Source: Fidelibacterota bacterium (GTDB taxonomy: Bacteria > Fidelibacterota > Marinisomatia > Marinisomatales > Marinisomataceae). Taken from it: a stretch of DNA of 64,000 nt. The stretch covers positions 196,566-260,565 of the forward strand of contig JBJKZL010000004.1 of assembly GCA_045560295.1 (NCBI GenBank). Direction: 5' to 3'. This document shows positions 9,528-18,596 of this stretch, piece after piece. Below the pieces are notes generated by a model. That model saw only the letters and a list, made by a program, of their open reading frames with translations, had not been told where the DNA came from and made no database searches. Made by a program: the position numbers and the translations under genes. The first letter of the stretch is position 1. The number at the start of each line of letters is the position of its first letter.

Positions 9528-10539
9528 ACTATTTATCTTTCTTGCTCTATTAATTATTGCTTGCGGTGGTGGAGGTGGAAGTTCTTCTCCCACAGACTCT
9601 AACGATGGAACAGATCCTGGTGACGGAACAGATCCTTATAGTTTTCCAAATGCAACTAATTTAGATCAATTGAGTCAAATAGAAATTGTAACATGGAATA
9701 TAAGGCAGTTCCCACAGCATAGCACAACAAAGAGCTATGTGAAGAGCTTATTAGAGGCATGGAATGCCGATATCTATTTATTTCAAGAAATTTCAAGTGA
9801 ATCTGAGTTAATCAGTATGGTGAACTCAATGAATGATTATTCTTATGTACTTGATGAAGAGTCTGGAAATTTAGGATTTGCTTTAGTTTATAAAAATAGC
9901 ACCGTTACTTTCAATTCTAAAAATGAGCTTTGGGCAGATACTCCAAATAGTAATGATGGAGATTCAGATTATGAAAATAACGCACAATATCAATTTGCTA
10001 GTCGCCCACCTATGGAAAATTATATTACATGGACAGATGGAACCAAGTCAATGGATTTATATGTAATGGATGTTCACTATAAGTGTTGTGGAGATGATAC
10101 TTATGATAGTAATGATCCTTCAGACGAGACTAACAGAAGGCATCATGCTAGCCTGCTATTAACAGATTATGTTATTAATAATAGAGCATCAGATAATGTT
10201 ATTATTGTAGGTGATTTTAATAATACTGGGTCTCAATCAGTTGATAACCCATCAATAAGTCCTTTTACTGATCCCAACTTTGCTTCTTCAACTAGTTTTC
10301 TAATGGTAGACGAAGATATTCTTACTGGACCCAGTAGTGGATTTTCATGGCAAGGATGGACAAGTTCATATTCAGCGGCACATTTTGATCATATAATTAT
10401 TAACCAACCTTTATTTCAATATGGTAGTACAACAACAACTGGTGTGATTGCTTTGCCAACAGAAACTAATACTGCTGCTACAACCGTTGCTAATAGAATA
10501 TCTGATCACCAGCCAGTATTTATGCGATTTTATCCTTAA
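9508..10539 (+). CDS. Endonuclease/exonuclease/phosphatase (EEP) family lipoprotein
   Basis: Lipobox LIIACGGGGGSSS. EEP motifs are IVTWNIRQF, LFQEI, GDFN and SDHQPVF. Confidence 0.7.
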   Translation: MVQITNKLFIFLALLIIACGGGGGSSSPTDSNDGTDPGDGTDPYSFPNATNLDQLSQIEIVTWNIRQFPQHSTTKSYVKSLLEAWNADIYLFQEISSESELISMVNSMNDYSYVLDEESGNLGFALVYKNSTVTFNSKNELWADTPNSNDGDSDYENNAQYQFASRPPMENYITWTDGTKSMDLYVMDVHYKCCGDDTYDSNDPSDETNRRHHASLLLTDYVINNRASDNVIIVGDFNNTGSQSVDNPSISPFTDPNFASSTSFLMVDEDILTGPSSGFSWQGWTSSYSAAHFDHIIINQPLFQYGSTTTTGVIALPTETNTAATTVANRISDHQPVFMRFYP

Positions 10540-10547
10540 TAAATATT

Positions 10548-11288
10548 TTGATTAATAATTTAAGATTAGTAATCGTTTTATCTGTCATAAGCTTTTTGAC
10601 AGCTCAAGATTTTACTAAAATTGATATTGATTTAGAGAATTTAGCATTTCAAAAAACCATTATTCCACTTCAAGAATTAAATAATAATTTCCCCAAAAAT
10701 ATAGATGTGCTTTCACGATTATCTGCAGCACACCATTTTTTATCAGAAAAAGCTGATGATAAAAAAATAGAAAAAATGAATACGGATAAGGCTTTAAAGT
10801 ATATAACAGAAGCTATGGCAATTGACTCTACCAGTGCAGAAGTTCATAAGTGGTATGCTGTATCATTCGGTAAGAGTGTTGAAAATCAAAGTATTAGAAA
10901 ACAGATTGAAAGCTCAAAGATTATTGAATTTCATTGTTTGCAAGCAATTCAGAAACTTCCTAGTGATCCTTTTTGTTATAACATAATGGGTCAATGGCAT
11001 TATCGCCTTGCTGATATCAGTCCATTGTCGAGGAGATTAGCCACAATTATTTTTGAAGAACCTCCAAAAGGCTCCTTTGAGATGGCTGAATATTTTTTGA
11101 GTAAAAGTTTAGAATTAGAGCCTAAATATATTGGTACTTACTACTGGCTTGGTAAAAGTTATGATAAACTTGGTAATGAAGAAAAAAAACTTTCCCTATT
11201 TAAAACAGCGACTGATTTACCCAGGCCTTATAAAAGAGAAGAGATAATGTATAAGGAAATCTTAAAGTATTTAAAAAATAAATCTTAA
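10548..11288 (+). CDS. Secreted all-helical TPR-like protein resembling the RMDN/FAM82 family
   Basis: TTG start with signal peptide ...ISFLTA|QDF. A long collinear resemblance (HKWYAVSFGK..SIRKQIES..EFH..AI.L.P.DP....MGQWHYR...IS.L.R..A....E.PP......A...F.KS.ELEP) to eukaryotic RMDN1 is recalled from memory. Confidence 0.5.
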   Translation: MINNLRLVIVLSVISFLTAQDFTKIDIDLENLAFQKTIIPLQELNNNFPKNIDVLSRLSAAHHFLSEKADDKKIEKMNTDKALKYITEAMAIDSTSAEVHKWYAVSFGKSVENQSIRKQIESSKIIEFHCLQAIQKLPSDPFCYNIMGQWHYRLADISPLSRRLATIIFEEPPKGSFEMAEYFLSKSLELEPKYIGTYYWLGKSYDKLGNEEKKLSLFKTATDLPRPYKREEIMYKEILKYLKNKS

Positions 11289-12034
11289 AACATCTTCAGT
11301 TTTTTCACTTTTTTATAATCTTGAGGTATGTTAAACATAGTCGGCAGAGTGTCCGTAGGAGCATATACATTCAAGTTATATTCAAAGCTACCTTCTTCAC
11401 CGCTAAATAATGCCTTAACGATAATCACATCTTGATCGATTCCTATTTCCGAAAGGTTACCATCAAAATTACCCCAGTTTCTTTCAAACTCATCAATTCT
11501 ACTTTGCATAGATTTAACAATAATAGATTTCCTAGCTGTACTTGTAACCCATACACTTTGGTTATCATCATCATCTTCCTGTAATGTTACCTTATAAGCC
11601 TCAAAGCCATTAACTATCTCTAAACTATCAGATATTATTGGAATAAAACTCTCTTCTTCAGGACTGCCGCCTTCTTGATTTTCATTTTCAGATTCAATTT
11701 CAGATTCAGATTCTTTTTCTTCCAAAATTTGAGATAATAACTTTTTAGTAAAACGATTTTTTTTATGATTAACATTTATAATAGTAGAGTCTTGAAATGA
11801 AATAATAGTCCCATTCTCTAAGTCCCTGCTCATTAATCGTGCTATTCCTTTTCCTTTAAATGACAAATTTATTTTCGAATAGTAAGTATCTTCCGCAAAG
11901 TATTTATAAACAGAAGATTCCATAGAGCCCATTTTGAAAGAAGCTTTGGTAGTTTCTTCAGTGATAAAGCCAGATTGTGCAAAGAGATTAGATGAGAGTA
12001 ATAATGAAAAAAGAAGAAGAGAAAGATTGATCAA
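11285..12034 (-). CDS. Secreted hypothetical protein with an acidic low-complexity insert
   Basis: Signal peptide ...SSNLFA|QSG. Contains an EKESESEIESENENQEGGSPEEES tract. No family recognised. Confidence 0.45.
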   Translation of the reverse strand: MINLSLLLFSLLLSSNLFAQSGFITEETTKASFKMGSMESSVYKYFAEDTYYSKINLSFKGKGIARLMSRDLENGTIISFQDSTIINVNHKKNRFTKKLLSQILEEKESESEIESENENQEGGSPEEESFIPIISDSLEIVNGFEAYKVTLQEDDDDNQSVWVTSTARKSIIVKSMQSRIDEFERNWGNFDGNLSEIGIDQDVIIVKALFSGEEGSFEYNLNVYAPTDTLPTMFNIPQDYKKVKKLKMF

Positions 12035-12039
12035 ATGTA

Positions 12040-12975
12040 TTATAATCCAGTTTCTTGAACGGTCTTTTTAACTTCTGAAAGAGTATTATTAAGAGCATTT
12101 TTTTCATCTTCATTTAAATCAAATGTTAAAATATTCTCAACACCATCAGCTCCAATTACAGTTGGTACACCAATGAAGTAACCATTTACATTAAATTCAC
12201 CTTCACAGAGTGATGCGCATGGAATGACTCTTTTTTTATCTTTAACAAAGCTTTCAATCATTTCCACTGCAGATTGGGCAGGAGCATAAAATGCAGATCC
12301 TTTTCCAAATAATTTTACTAATTCACCACCACCAAAACGCGTTCTATCTTCAATTGCTGTAATTATATCAGCATCTAATAGCGACGTTAAAGGTACACCT
12401 CCTACAGTTGCTAAACGACTTACAGGAACCATAGTATCTCCATGACCACCGAGAACCATACATGTAACATCTTGAGAGGAAAGATTTGTTGCTTCTGCAA
12501 TAAATGATCTAAATCTAGCACTATCAAGTGCTCCAGCCATACCAACAACTTTATTCTTGGCAAAGCCAGATACTTTATAAAAAGCATATACCATTGCATC
12601 TAAAGGATTTGAAACAACTATTACAAAAGCGTTAGGAGCATGAAGCTTTACTTGCTCCGCCACATTTGTCATAATATCTAAATTTTTCTTTAATAAATCT
12701 TCGCGATCCATTCCAGGTTGTCTTGGAAATCCTGCAGTGATAACAACAACATCTGAATCTTTGATTGCTGCAAAATCTGATGAACCGCTTAATTTGGAAT
12801 CGTAGCCATCAAGTGGAAGAAGTTGTGATATGTCCAAAGCTTTTCCTTTAATAAAGTTTTCAGCTTGAGGGATATCTATGATGACAATGTCACCTAATTC
12901 TTTTTGAGCGGAGAGAAGAGCAATATTACCACCGACTTGACCACCTCCGATTAACGCTATTTTTGGTCTAGCCAT
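12040..12975 (-). CDS. mdh: Malate dehydrogenase (LDH-like type)
   Basis: MARPKIALIGGGQVGGN Rossmann start, GFPRQPGMDR, and 311 aa length are typical of LDH-like MDH. Confidence 0.9.
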   Translation of the reverse strand: MARPKIALIGGGQVGGNIALLSAQKELGDIVIIDIPQAENFIKGKALDISQLLPLDGYDSKLSGSSDFAAIKDSDVVVITAGFPRQPGMDREDLLKKNLDIMTNVAEQVKLHAPNAFVIVVSNPLDAMVYAFYKVSGFAKNKVVGMAGALDSARFRSFIAEATNLSSQDVTCMVLGGHGDTMVPVSRLATVGGVPLTSLLDADIITAIEDRTRFGGGELVKLFGKGSAFYAPAQSAVEMIESFVKDKKRVIPCASLCEGEFNVNGYFIGVPTVIGADGVENILTFDLNEDEKNALNNTLSEVKKTVQETGL

Positions 12976-12977
12976 TT

Positions 12978-13232
12978 TTAATTTTGTTCGACAACGCTAA
13001 CAAAGGTTGTTTTGCCTTTTTTACTGAACTTGACTAAGCCAGGTGATGTGGCGAAAAGAGTATCATCATTACCTCTTTTAACATTTCTTCCAGGATGTAC
13101 TTTGGTACCTCTTTGTCTAATAATAATACCACCTGATAAAATTAATTGTCCATCAGACATTTTAACACCCAATCTTTGTGCATTAGAATCTCTTCCGTTC
13201 CTTGAACTACCTTGTCCTTTTTTATGAGCCAT
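12978..13232 (-). CDS. rpmA: 50S ribosomal protein L27
   Basis: [24 protein letters not shown]... is canonical L27. Confidence 0.95.
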   Translation of the reverse strand: MAHKKGQGSSRNGRDSNAQRLGVKMSDGQLILSGGIIIRQRGTKVHPGRNVKRGNDDTLFATSPGLVKFSKKGKTTFVSVVEQN

Positions 13233-13245
13233 GAGTCCCTACCTT

Positions 13246-13650
13246 CTATTTTTTCTTAGCAGCAACTTTTTTCTTAGCTGCTGGTTTCTTTTTTGGAGCA
13301 GCTGCTTTAGTAGTTTTTGCGGCTGCTTTTGCTTTTGTTCCAGTAATTGATTGGATTTCAAGCATAGTTAAATCTTGACGGTGACCATTTTTCCTTTGGT
13401 AACCTTTTCTTCTTTTCTTTTTGATGATTGTAACTTTGTTAGCTTTTTTGTGCTCAAGAACTTTAGCGCTAACTTTATATGAGCCCAATTCCTTGGGATT
13501 AAATATATTTGTATCTTTGTCAGATATCGCTTTGACATTTTCAAATTTCAAAGTTTTACCTACAGCAATATCAATCTTAGAATCAACTAAGAGCATATCG
13601 CCTTTAGCGACTTTATACTGTTTTCCATATATTTCTACAATTGCAAACAT
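13246..13650 (-). CDS. rplU: 50S ribosomal protein L21 with a Lys/Ala-rich C-terminal tail
   Basis: MFAIVEIYGKQYKV... L21 core of about 100 aa, followed by GTKAKAAAKTTKAAAPKKKPAAKKKVAAKKK. Confidence 0.9.
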   Translation of the reverse strand: MFAIVEIYGKQYKVAKGDMLLVDSKIDIAVGKTLKFENVKAISDKDTNIFNPKELGSYKVSAKVLEHKKANKVTIIKKKRRKGYQRKNGHRQDLTMLEIQSITGTKAKAAAKTTKAAAPKKKPAAKKKVAAKKK

Positions 13651-13684
13651 AAGCTTGGGAACTTAATAGCTAAATTATTGGTTT

Positions 13685-15187
13685 TCAAGTACCTATTTCA
13701 TGAGTTATATCTGTAGGATCTGACATCTTTGTAAAACGGAATACATTTTTGCCCATTGCAATATCATCAATTACTTTTAGATACACAAAATTCTTCCACA
13801 TTAAACTGATATAGTCTCTCTTTTTTTCTTCTTTTAAATATCGTGCAATTTCGGGATTAAGATAGAGTTTTAGTCTAAGATCTTTATTTTTTTGCTTATA
13901 ATCTCTTAACCAATAGTCAATTCTTGTTAATAGGGTATCCTTAGATATTATTCTACCATCACCATTACAGGTATCACAGCATTCAGTTAATGAGTCAATA
14001 ATGCTTAATCCGGTTCGTTCTCTGGTCATTTCAAGTACGCCAAATTCAGAAATTTCTGATACAGCTACTTTTGCTCGATCTTTTCTTAGTTCTTTTTTCA
14101 TTTCAAGATATACTTTTTTTCTATTAGCTGCTGAAACCATATCAATGAAATCAATCAATACTAATCCAGAGAGATGTCGTAATCTTAATTGAGCAGCTAC
14201 TTCTTTTGCAGCTTCTAAATTTATTTTTAAAGAATTTTCTTCATGCCCTTTCTTACCGACAAATTTCCCGCTATTCACGTCTATTACAACCATAGCTTCA
14301 GTTCTTTCAATAATAAGATATGCTCCACTTTTAAGCCATGCTCTGTTTTTTAACAGCTTGATCATAGAATTATCAATTCCTGTTTCTTTAAACAATGGCG
14401 TTCTTTTACGATAATGTTCTAAAGTATCTCCAATATCTAGTGCATCATCTTTAATCATTTTCTGTATTTTTTTGTAATCATCTTTTGAATCCACAACAAT
14501 TTTTTCAACTTTATCACTGATTAAATCCCTCAAAACACTTGATGTCATTTCTAGGTCGTTGTGAACAAGAGCTGGAGCATCACTTTTTTCTGCTAGCTTC
14601 ATTAAGCCATTATATTTTTTTTCTAAACTAGCATAGTCATTCTGAATTTGTTGATCAGTCTTTCCCTCAGCTACAGTGCGAATGATAATTCCCAATCCAT
14701 GCTTTTTCATATCAAAAGCAATTTTTTTCAACCTTCTTCTTTCATATCGATCTTGCATTTTTTTCGAAACTCCAACATATTTTGATTTTGGAATTAAAAC
14801 AATAAAACGTCCTGCAATTGAAAGATTAGTAGTTACTCTAGCGCCCTTGTTATCAAAAGGCTCCTTAATTACTTGTACAATAATTTCCTGCCCGGGAGAC
14901 AGTAAAACATTGATTTCTTTTGAATTCTTTGACTTAGGTTTATGGTCTGCAATTAATTCCGGATCTGAGATTTCAGAGAATGGCAAGAATGCATTATTAC
15001 CTTCTCCTATATTAACAAATGCAGCCTGCATTCCAGGGATTACATTCTCAACAACGCCCTTGTAAATATTACCAACAGTTCTTTCTTTTGATTCTTTATC
15101 TACATGGAGTTCAGCAAGTTTACCATTTTCCTTAACGGCTATTCTTGTTTCTCCTACACCTTTACTGATGTAAATTTCTTTTTTCAT
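13685..15187 (-). CDS. rng: Ribonuclease G/E family endoribonuclease
   Basis: 500 aa with an S1 domain (GNIYKGVVENVIPGMQAAFVNIG) and the catalytic core (VIDVNSGKF, LSGLVLIDFIDM). Confidence 0.85.
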   Translation of the reverse strand: MKKEIYISKGVGETRIAVKENGKLAELHVDKESKERTVGNIYKGVVENVIPGMQAAFVNIGEGNNAFLPFSEISDPELIADHKPKSKNSKEINVLLSPGQEIIVQVIKEPFDNKGARVTTNLSIAGRFIVLIPKSKYVGVSKKMQDRYERRRLKKIAFDMKKHGLGIIIRTVAEGKTDQQIQNDYASLEKKYNGLMKLAEKSDAPALVHNDLEMTSSVLRDLISDKVEKIVVDSKDDYKKIQKMIKDDALDIGDTLEHYRKRTPLFKETGIDNSMIKLLKNRAWLKSGAYLIIERTEAMVVIDVNSGKFVGKKGHEENSLKINLEAAKEVAAQLRLRHLSGLVLIDFIDMVSAANRKKVYLEMKKELRKDRAKVAVSEISEFGVLEMTRERTGLSIIDSLTECCDTCNGDGRIISKDTLLTRIDYWLRDYKQKNKDLRLKLYLNPEIARYLKEEKKRDYISLMWKNFVYLKVIDDIAMGKNVFRFTKMSDPTDITHEIGT

Positions 15188-15390
15188 AAAAGCCTTACTT
15201 TCATTTCAGCTATATTTTTGTATAGCATATAATTTAATTTTCTATGAAATAGAGGAGAGAATACTAGGTATAAAAAAATTTATTAGTTTAAAATTATAAA
15301 AATAAAAAAAAGTTAGTTTTCAATTTCTACCCTCAATTTCAGAACTAATTTAGCGATTTTTAACTTTAAAATACATATAATCTGACAATT

Positions 15391-16170
15391 ATGTTTGGCG
15401 AAGAATTAATTGCAGGAAAAGTAGCAGCAAGAAATGCTGGAAAAATTCTAATGAAGTATTTTTCTGATACAGATAAGCAAGTCAAATATAAAAGTGCTAA
15501 CAATCCGGTGACTATTGCTGATCATGAAGCAGATCAATATATAGCAGATTTTATTGGAGGAGAATTTCCCGATGATGGATGGTTATCCGAGGAAACAGTA
15601 GATACGCCAGAACGATTAAATAAATCTCGCGTGTGGATTGTAGATCCTTTAGATGGTACAAAAGAGTTTATTGAAGGAGTGCCACATTTTTCAGTTAGTA
15701 TAGCATTAGTAGAAAATGGATATCCTGTAATTGGAATCATTTATAATCCTTACACAAAAGAAATGTTTTCTGCTGAAAAAAATAAGGGTGCTGCATTCAA
15801 TGGTTCTAAGGTTGTTATATCTCAAAAAGAAAAACTTAGTAAGTCATCTATTACTGTAAGTAGATCTGAATATAAAAAGAAGCTATGGGAAAGTTATAAT
15901 GATGATTTTAGCTTAATTGAACCTATTGGGAGTGTTGCATATAAGTTGGGGTTAGTTGGAGCAAGTAAGTATGACATTTTTTCAACACTTGCACCAAAGA
16001 ATGAGTGGGACATTTGTGCAGGAGATTGCATTGTAAGAGAGGCTGGAGGGTGCGTAAAAACTATTAATGATAAAAAAATTATTTATAATCAAAAGAAAAC
16101 CCTTGTTACAGACCCTATAATTGCCACAAATTCTGTATTATTTAATAGCGTTTCAGACCTACTATATTAA
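15391..16170 (+). CDS. Inositol monophosphatase family / 3'(2'),5'-bisphosphate nucleotidase (CysQ-like)
   Basis: Motifs WLSEE, WIVDPLDGTKEF and EWDICAG. Confidence 0.7.
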   Translation: MFGEELIAGKVAARNAGKILMKYFSDTDKQVKYKSANNPVTIADHEADQYIADFIGGEFPDDGWLSEETVDTPERLNKSRVWIVDPLDGTKEFIEGVPHFSVSIALVENGYPVIGIIYNPYTKEMFSAEKNKGAAFNGSKVVISQKEKLSKSSITVSRSEYKKKLWESYNDDFSLIEPIGSVAYKLGLVGASKYDIFSTLAPKNEWDICAGDCIVREAGGCVKTINDKKIIYNQKKTLVTDPIIATNSVLFNSVSDLLY

Positions 16171-16207
16171 ACATGAATAATAAAATTTTAAAAATGGAAA
16201 TATCTAA

Positions 16208-17377
16208 ATGAAATATATCGGACCAGATTTTTGTAATATCACATCTTTATTAACGGATGAAGAGCTATTAATTCAGAAAACAGCAAACCAATTTGTTACA
16301 GAAGAATTCAACCCTATCGTTAATGAATATTATGAAAAAGGATCATTCCCTCTTGACTTAATTCCAAAAATGGGAGAATTAGGTTTTTTTGGTGCTACAC
16401 TTCCTAAAAAGTATGGAGGAAGTGAAATAACCAGCACGGCATATGGATTAATAATGCAAGAACTCGAAAAAGGAGACTCAGGACTAAGATCTGTGTGCAG
16501 TGTTCAGGGCTCATTAGTAATGTTTCCTATTTATCAGTATGGTACTGAGCAGCAAAAAGAAAAATGGCTACCTTTATTAGCGGCTGGTAAGGCAGTAGGA
16601 TGTTTTGGGCTTACAGAATCAAACCATGGTTCAGATCCAGCTGGAATGCTTACAAGAGCAAAAAGAGATGGGGACGATTGGATTATTAATGGATCCAAAA
16701 TGTGGATTACAAATGGTTCCATCGCCGATGTTGCAGTAGTTTGGGCTAGGGATGAAGACGACGTTATCCGTGGATTTTTGTTAGAGAAAGGGATGGATGG
16801 ATTTACTTCTTCCAATATTCATGGGAAAATGAGCTTAAGAGCATCAATTACTTCAGAGCTATTTATGAAGGATGTTAGAGTTTCAGATGCCAATAGATTA
16901 CCAAATATTGAGGGTTTAAAAGGACCATTATCATGCTTAACCCAGGCTAGATATTCAATTGTTTGGGGTGTGATTGGTGCTGCTATTGACTGTTATGAAG
17001 TTGCACTAAGCTATGGTAAAGATAGAAAGCAATTTTCTAAACCAATTGCCGGTTTTCAACTCACTCAACAAAAACTAGTATATATGATACAGGAAATCAC
17101 AAAAGCTCAGTTACTTGCTTTGCAGTTAGCCAGACTTAAAGATAGTGGAGATCTAGATTTTTCTCATATTTCCCTTGGTAAAAAGAATAATGTAGCAATT
17201 GCTAGAAAATGTGCACAATTGGGAAGAGAGATTCTTGGTGGTAACGGTATAATGGATGACTATCCAATGATGAGACACATGATGAACTTAGAGACAGTAT
17301 ATACATATGAAGGAACTCATGAGATTCATACACTTATTCTTGGTCAGAAAATTACAGATATCCCTGCTTTTGAATAG
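16208..17377 (+). CDS. gcdH: Glutaryl-CoA dehydrogenase (acyl-CoA dehydrogenase family)
   Basis: GCFGLTESNHGSDPAGM and YTYEGTHEIHTLILG match the glutaryl-CoA dehydrogenase subgroup. Confidence 0.75.
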   Translation: MKYIGPDFCNITSLLTDEELLIQKTANQFVTEEFNPIVNEYYEKGSFPLDLIPKMGELGFFGATLPKKYGGSEITSTAYGLIMQELEKGDSGLRSVCSVQGSLVMFPIYQYGTEQQKEKWLPLLAAGKAVGCFGLTESNHGSDPAGMLTRAKRDGDDWIINGSKMWITNGSIADVAVVWARDEDDVIRGFLLEKGMDGFTSSNIHGKMSLRASITSELFMKDVRVSDANRLPNIEGLKGPLSCLTQARYSIVWGVIGAAIDCYEVALSYGKDRKQFSKPIAGFQLTQQKLVYMIQEITKAQLLALQLARLKDSGDLDFSHISLGKKNNVAIARKCAQLGREILGGNGIMDDYPMMRHMMNLETVYTYEGTHEIHTLILGQKITDIPAFE

Positions 17378-17957
17378 CAGGGTCAATATTCTGAATAATT
17401 AGCTTTAATAACTCTTCACGTTTTATTTCTTTTCCTAATTCTAAGAATATTGAAGTACTATTTACTTTCGCTTTTTCATCAATTGATTTAATATCAATTT
17501 CAGAGTTAACATTCATACCAATACTTAGTGCTTGATATGGTTTATTTTCTGATCCTTGAGATTGTATATTAGACAGCAAAATTCCAACTATTTTCTTGTT
17601 ATTTATATATATATCGTTTGGATATTTTATATTTGCTTTCAAATCATATAAAGACAAAACATGTACCATTGCAAGACAGCATTCATCAATAAGTTTTTGT
17701 CCAAAACTATTTTCATTACCAAGTATAATACTAAAAGTTAAATCTTTGTAAGCAGTAGAAATCCATTGTTTACCATGAGTACCTTTACCACTTGTTTGAT
17801 GATCAGTAATGACTACCTTACCTTTATCATTTATCTGGCGTTGTTTGTCCAGAGCAATGCTTAGGGTCGAATTTAGAGTCTCTCTATAAATGATTGAGCT
17901 TGAGCCACTTAGAATCCATTTTGTATTAAAATCTATAGATTTATAATCTAGCTGCAA
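17352..17957 (-). CDS. birA: Biotin--[acetyl-CoA-carboxylase] ligase, catalytic domain only
   Basis: HQTSGKGTHGKQW (the GRGRxGRxW-type loop) and KYPNDIYINNKKIVGILL. At 201 aa it has no HTH and no recognisable C-terminal domain. Its 3' end overlaps the gcdH 3' end by 26 nt. Confidence 0.7.
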   Translation of the reverse strand: MQLDYKSIDFNTKWILSGSSSIIYRETLNSTLSIALDKQRQINDKGKVVITDHQTSGKGTHGKQWISTAYKDLTFSIILGNENSFGQKLIDECCLAMVHVLSLYDLKANIKYPNDIYINNKKIVGILLSNIQSQGSENKPYQALSIGMNVNSEIDIKSIDEKAKVNSTSIFLELGKEIKREELLKLIIQNIDPAIQKQGYL

Positions 17958-18520
17958 GGATCTAGTTTTCTTCTCATCTGAAAAGTAGAACCTGGCTGTA
18001 ATACACCATTATTATTTTTAATAACATCGGCATTATCCATATAAATGACCACCCATGCTAGCTCATCGCTGTATATCTTTTGAGCTAAACTCCATGCTGT
18101 ATCACCAGATTGAACTGTATATTCAAAAAATTCTAATTCACAGTTTTTTGCTTGCTGAGCATCTCTTTTCAAAGACAGAAAATTGTAAGGATATATCTTA
18201 TCTGGATCAGAGCCAATTTCTTGCTTATTCCATTCATAGATTTCTCTCCACATAGAAGAATCTCCATATTCTCTGTCGGCAATTTTAATTAAATAATCAC
18301 CTCTTTTAATCATGTATGGTTCGAATACGGTTACTGGCAAAGGAGGTGACTCGGGCTCTTGAATAGTGAAGGTTTCAACAGAAACTTCTTGCTTAATGAC
18401 TTCTTCTCCTTTATCCGGTGTTTCATCAACGGCAACTTCATTTCCAACATTTGGTATAGTACCTGAGCAGCTGTAAAGCACTAAAGCACTAAAAAGTAAC
18501 ATAAATTTATTATTTTTCAT
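17948..18520 (-). CDS. LysM-domain lipoprotein
   Basis: Lipobox LYSCSG. Two LysM-like repeats: YMIKRGDYLIKIADREYGD and YTVQSGDTAWSLAQKIY. Confidence 0.7.
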   Translation of the reverse strand: MKNNKFMLLFSALVLYSCSGTIPNVGNEVAVDETPDKGEEVIKQEVSVETFTIQEPESPPLPVTVFEPYMIKRGDYLIKIADREYGDSSMWREIYEWNKQEIGSDPDKIYPYNFLSLKRDAQQAKNCELEFFEYTVQSGDTAWSLAQKIYSDELAWVVIYMDNADVIKNNNGVLQPGSTFQMRRKLDPCS

Positions 18521-18596
18521 TTTTATCCTTATTTATTTAATAAACACTCATTAATATTATCAATTTTTCAATAAAATGTTCCTTATTTTTTACAAT

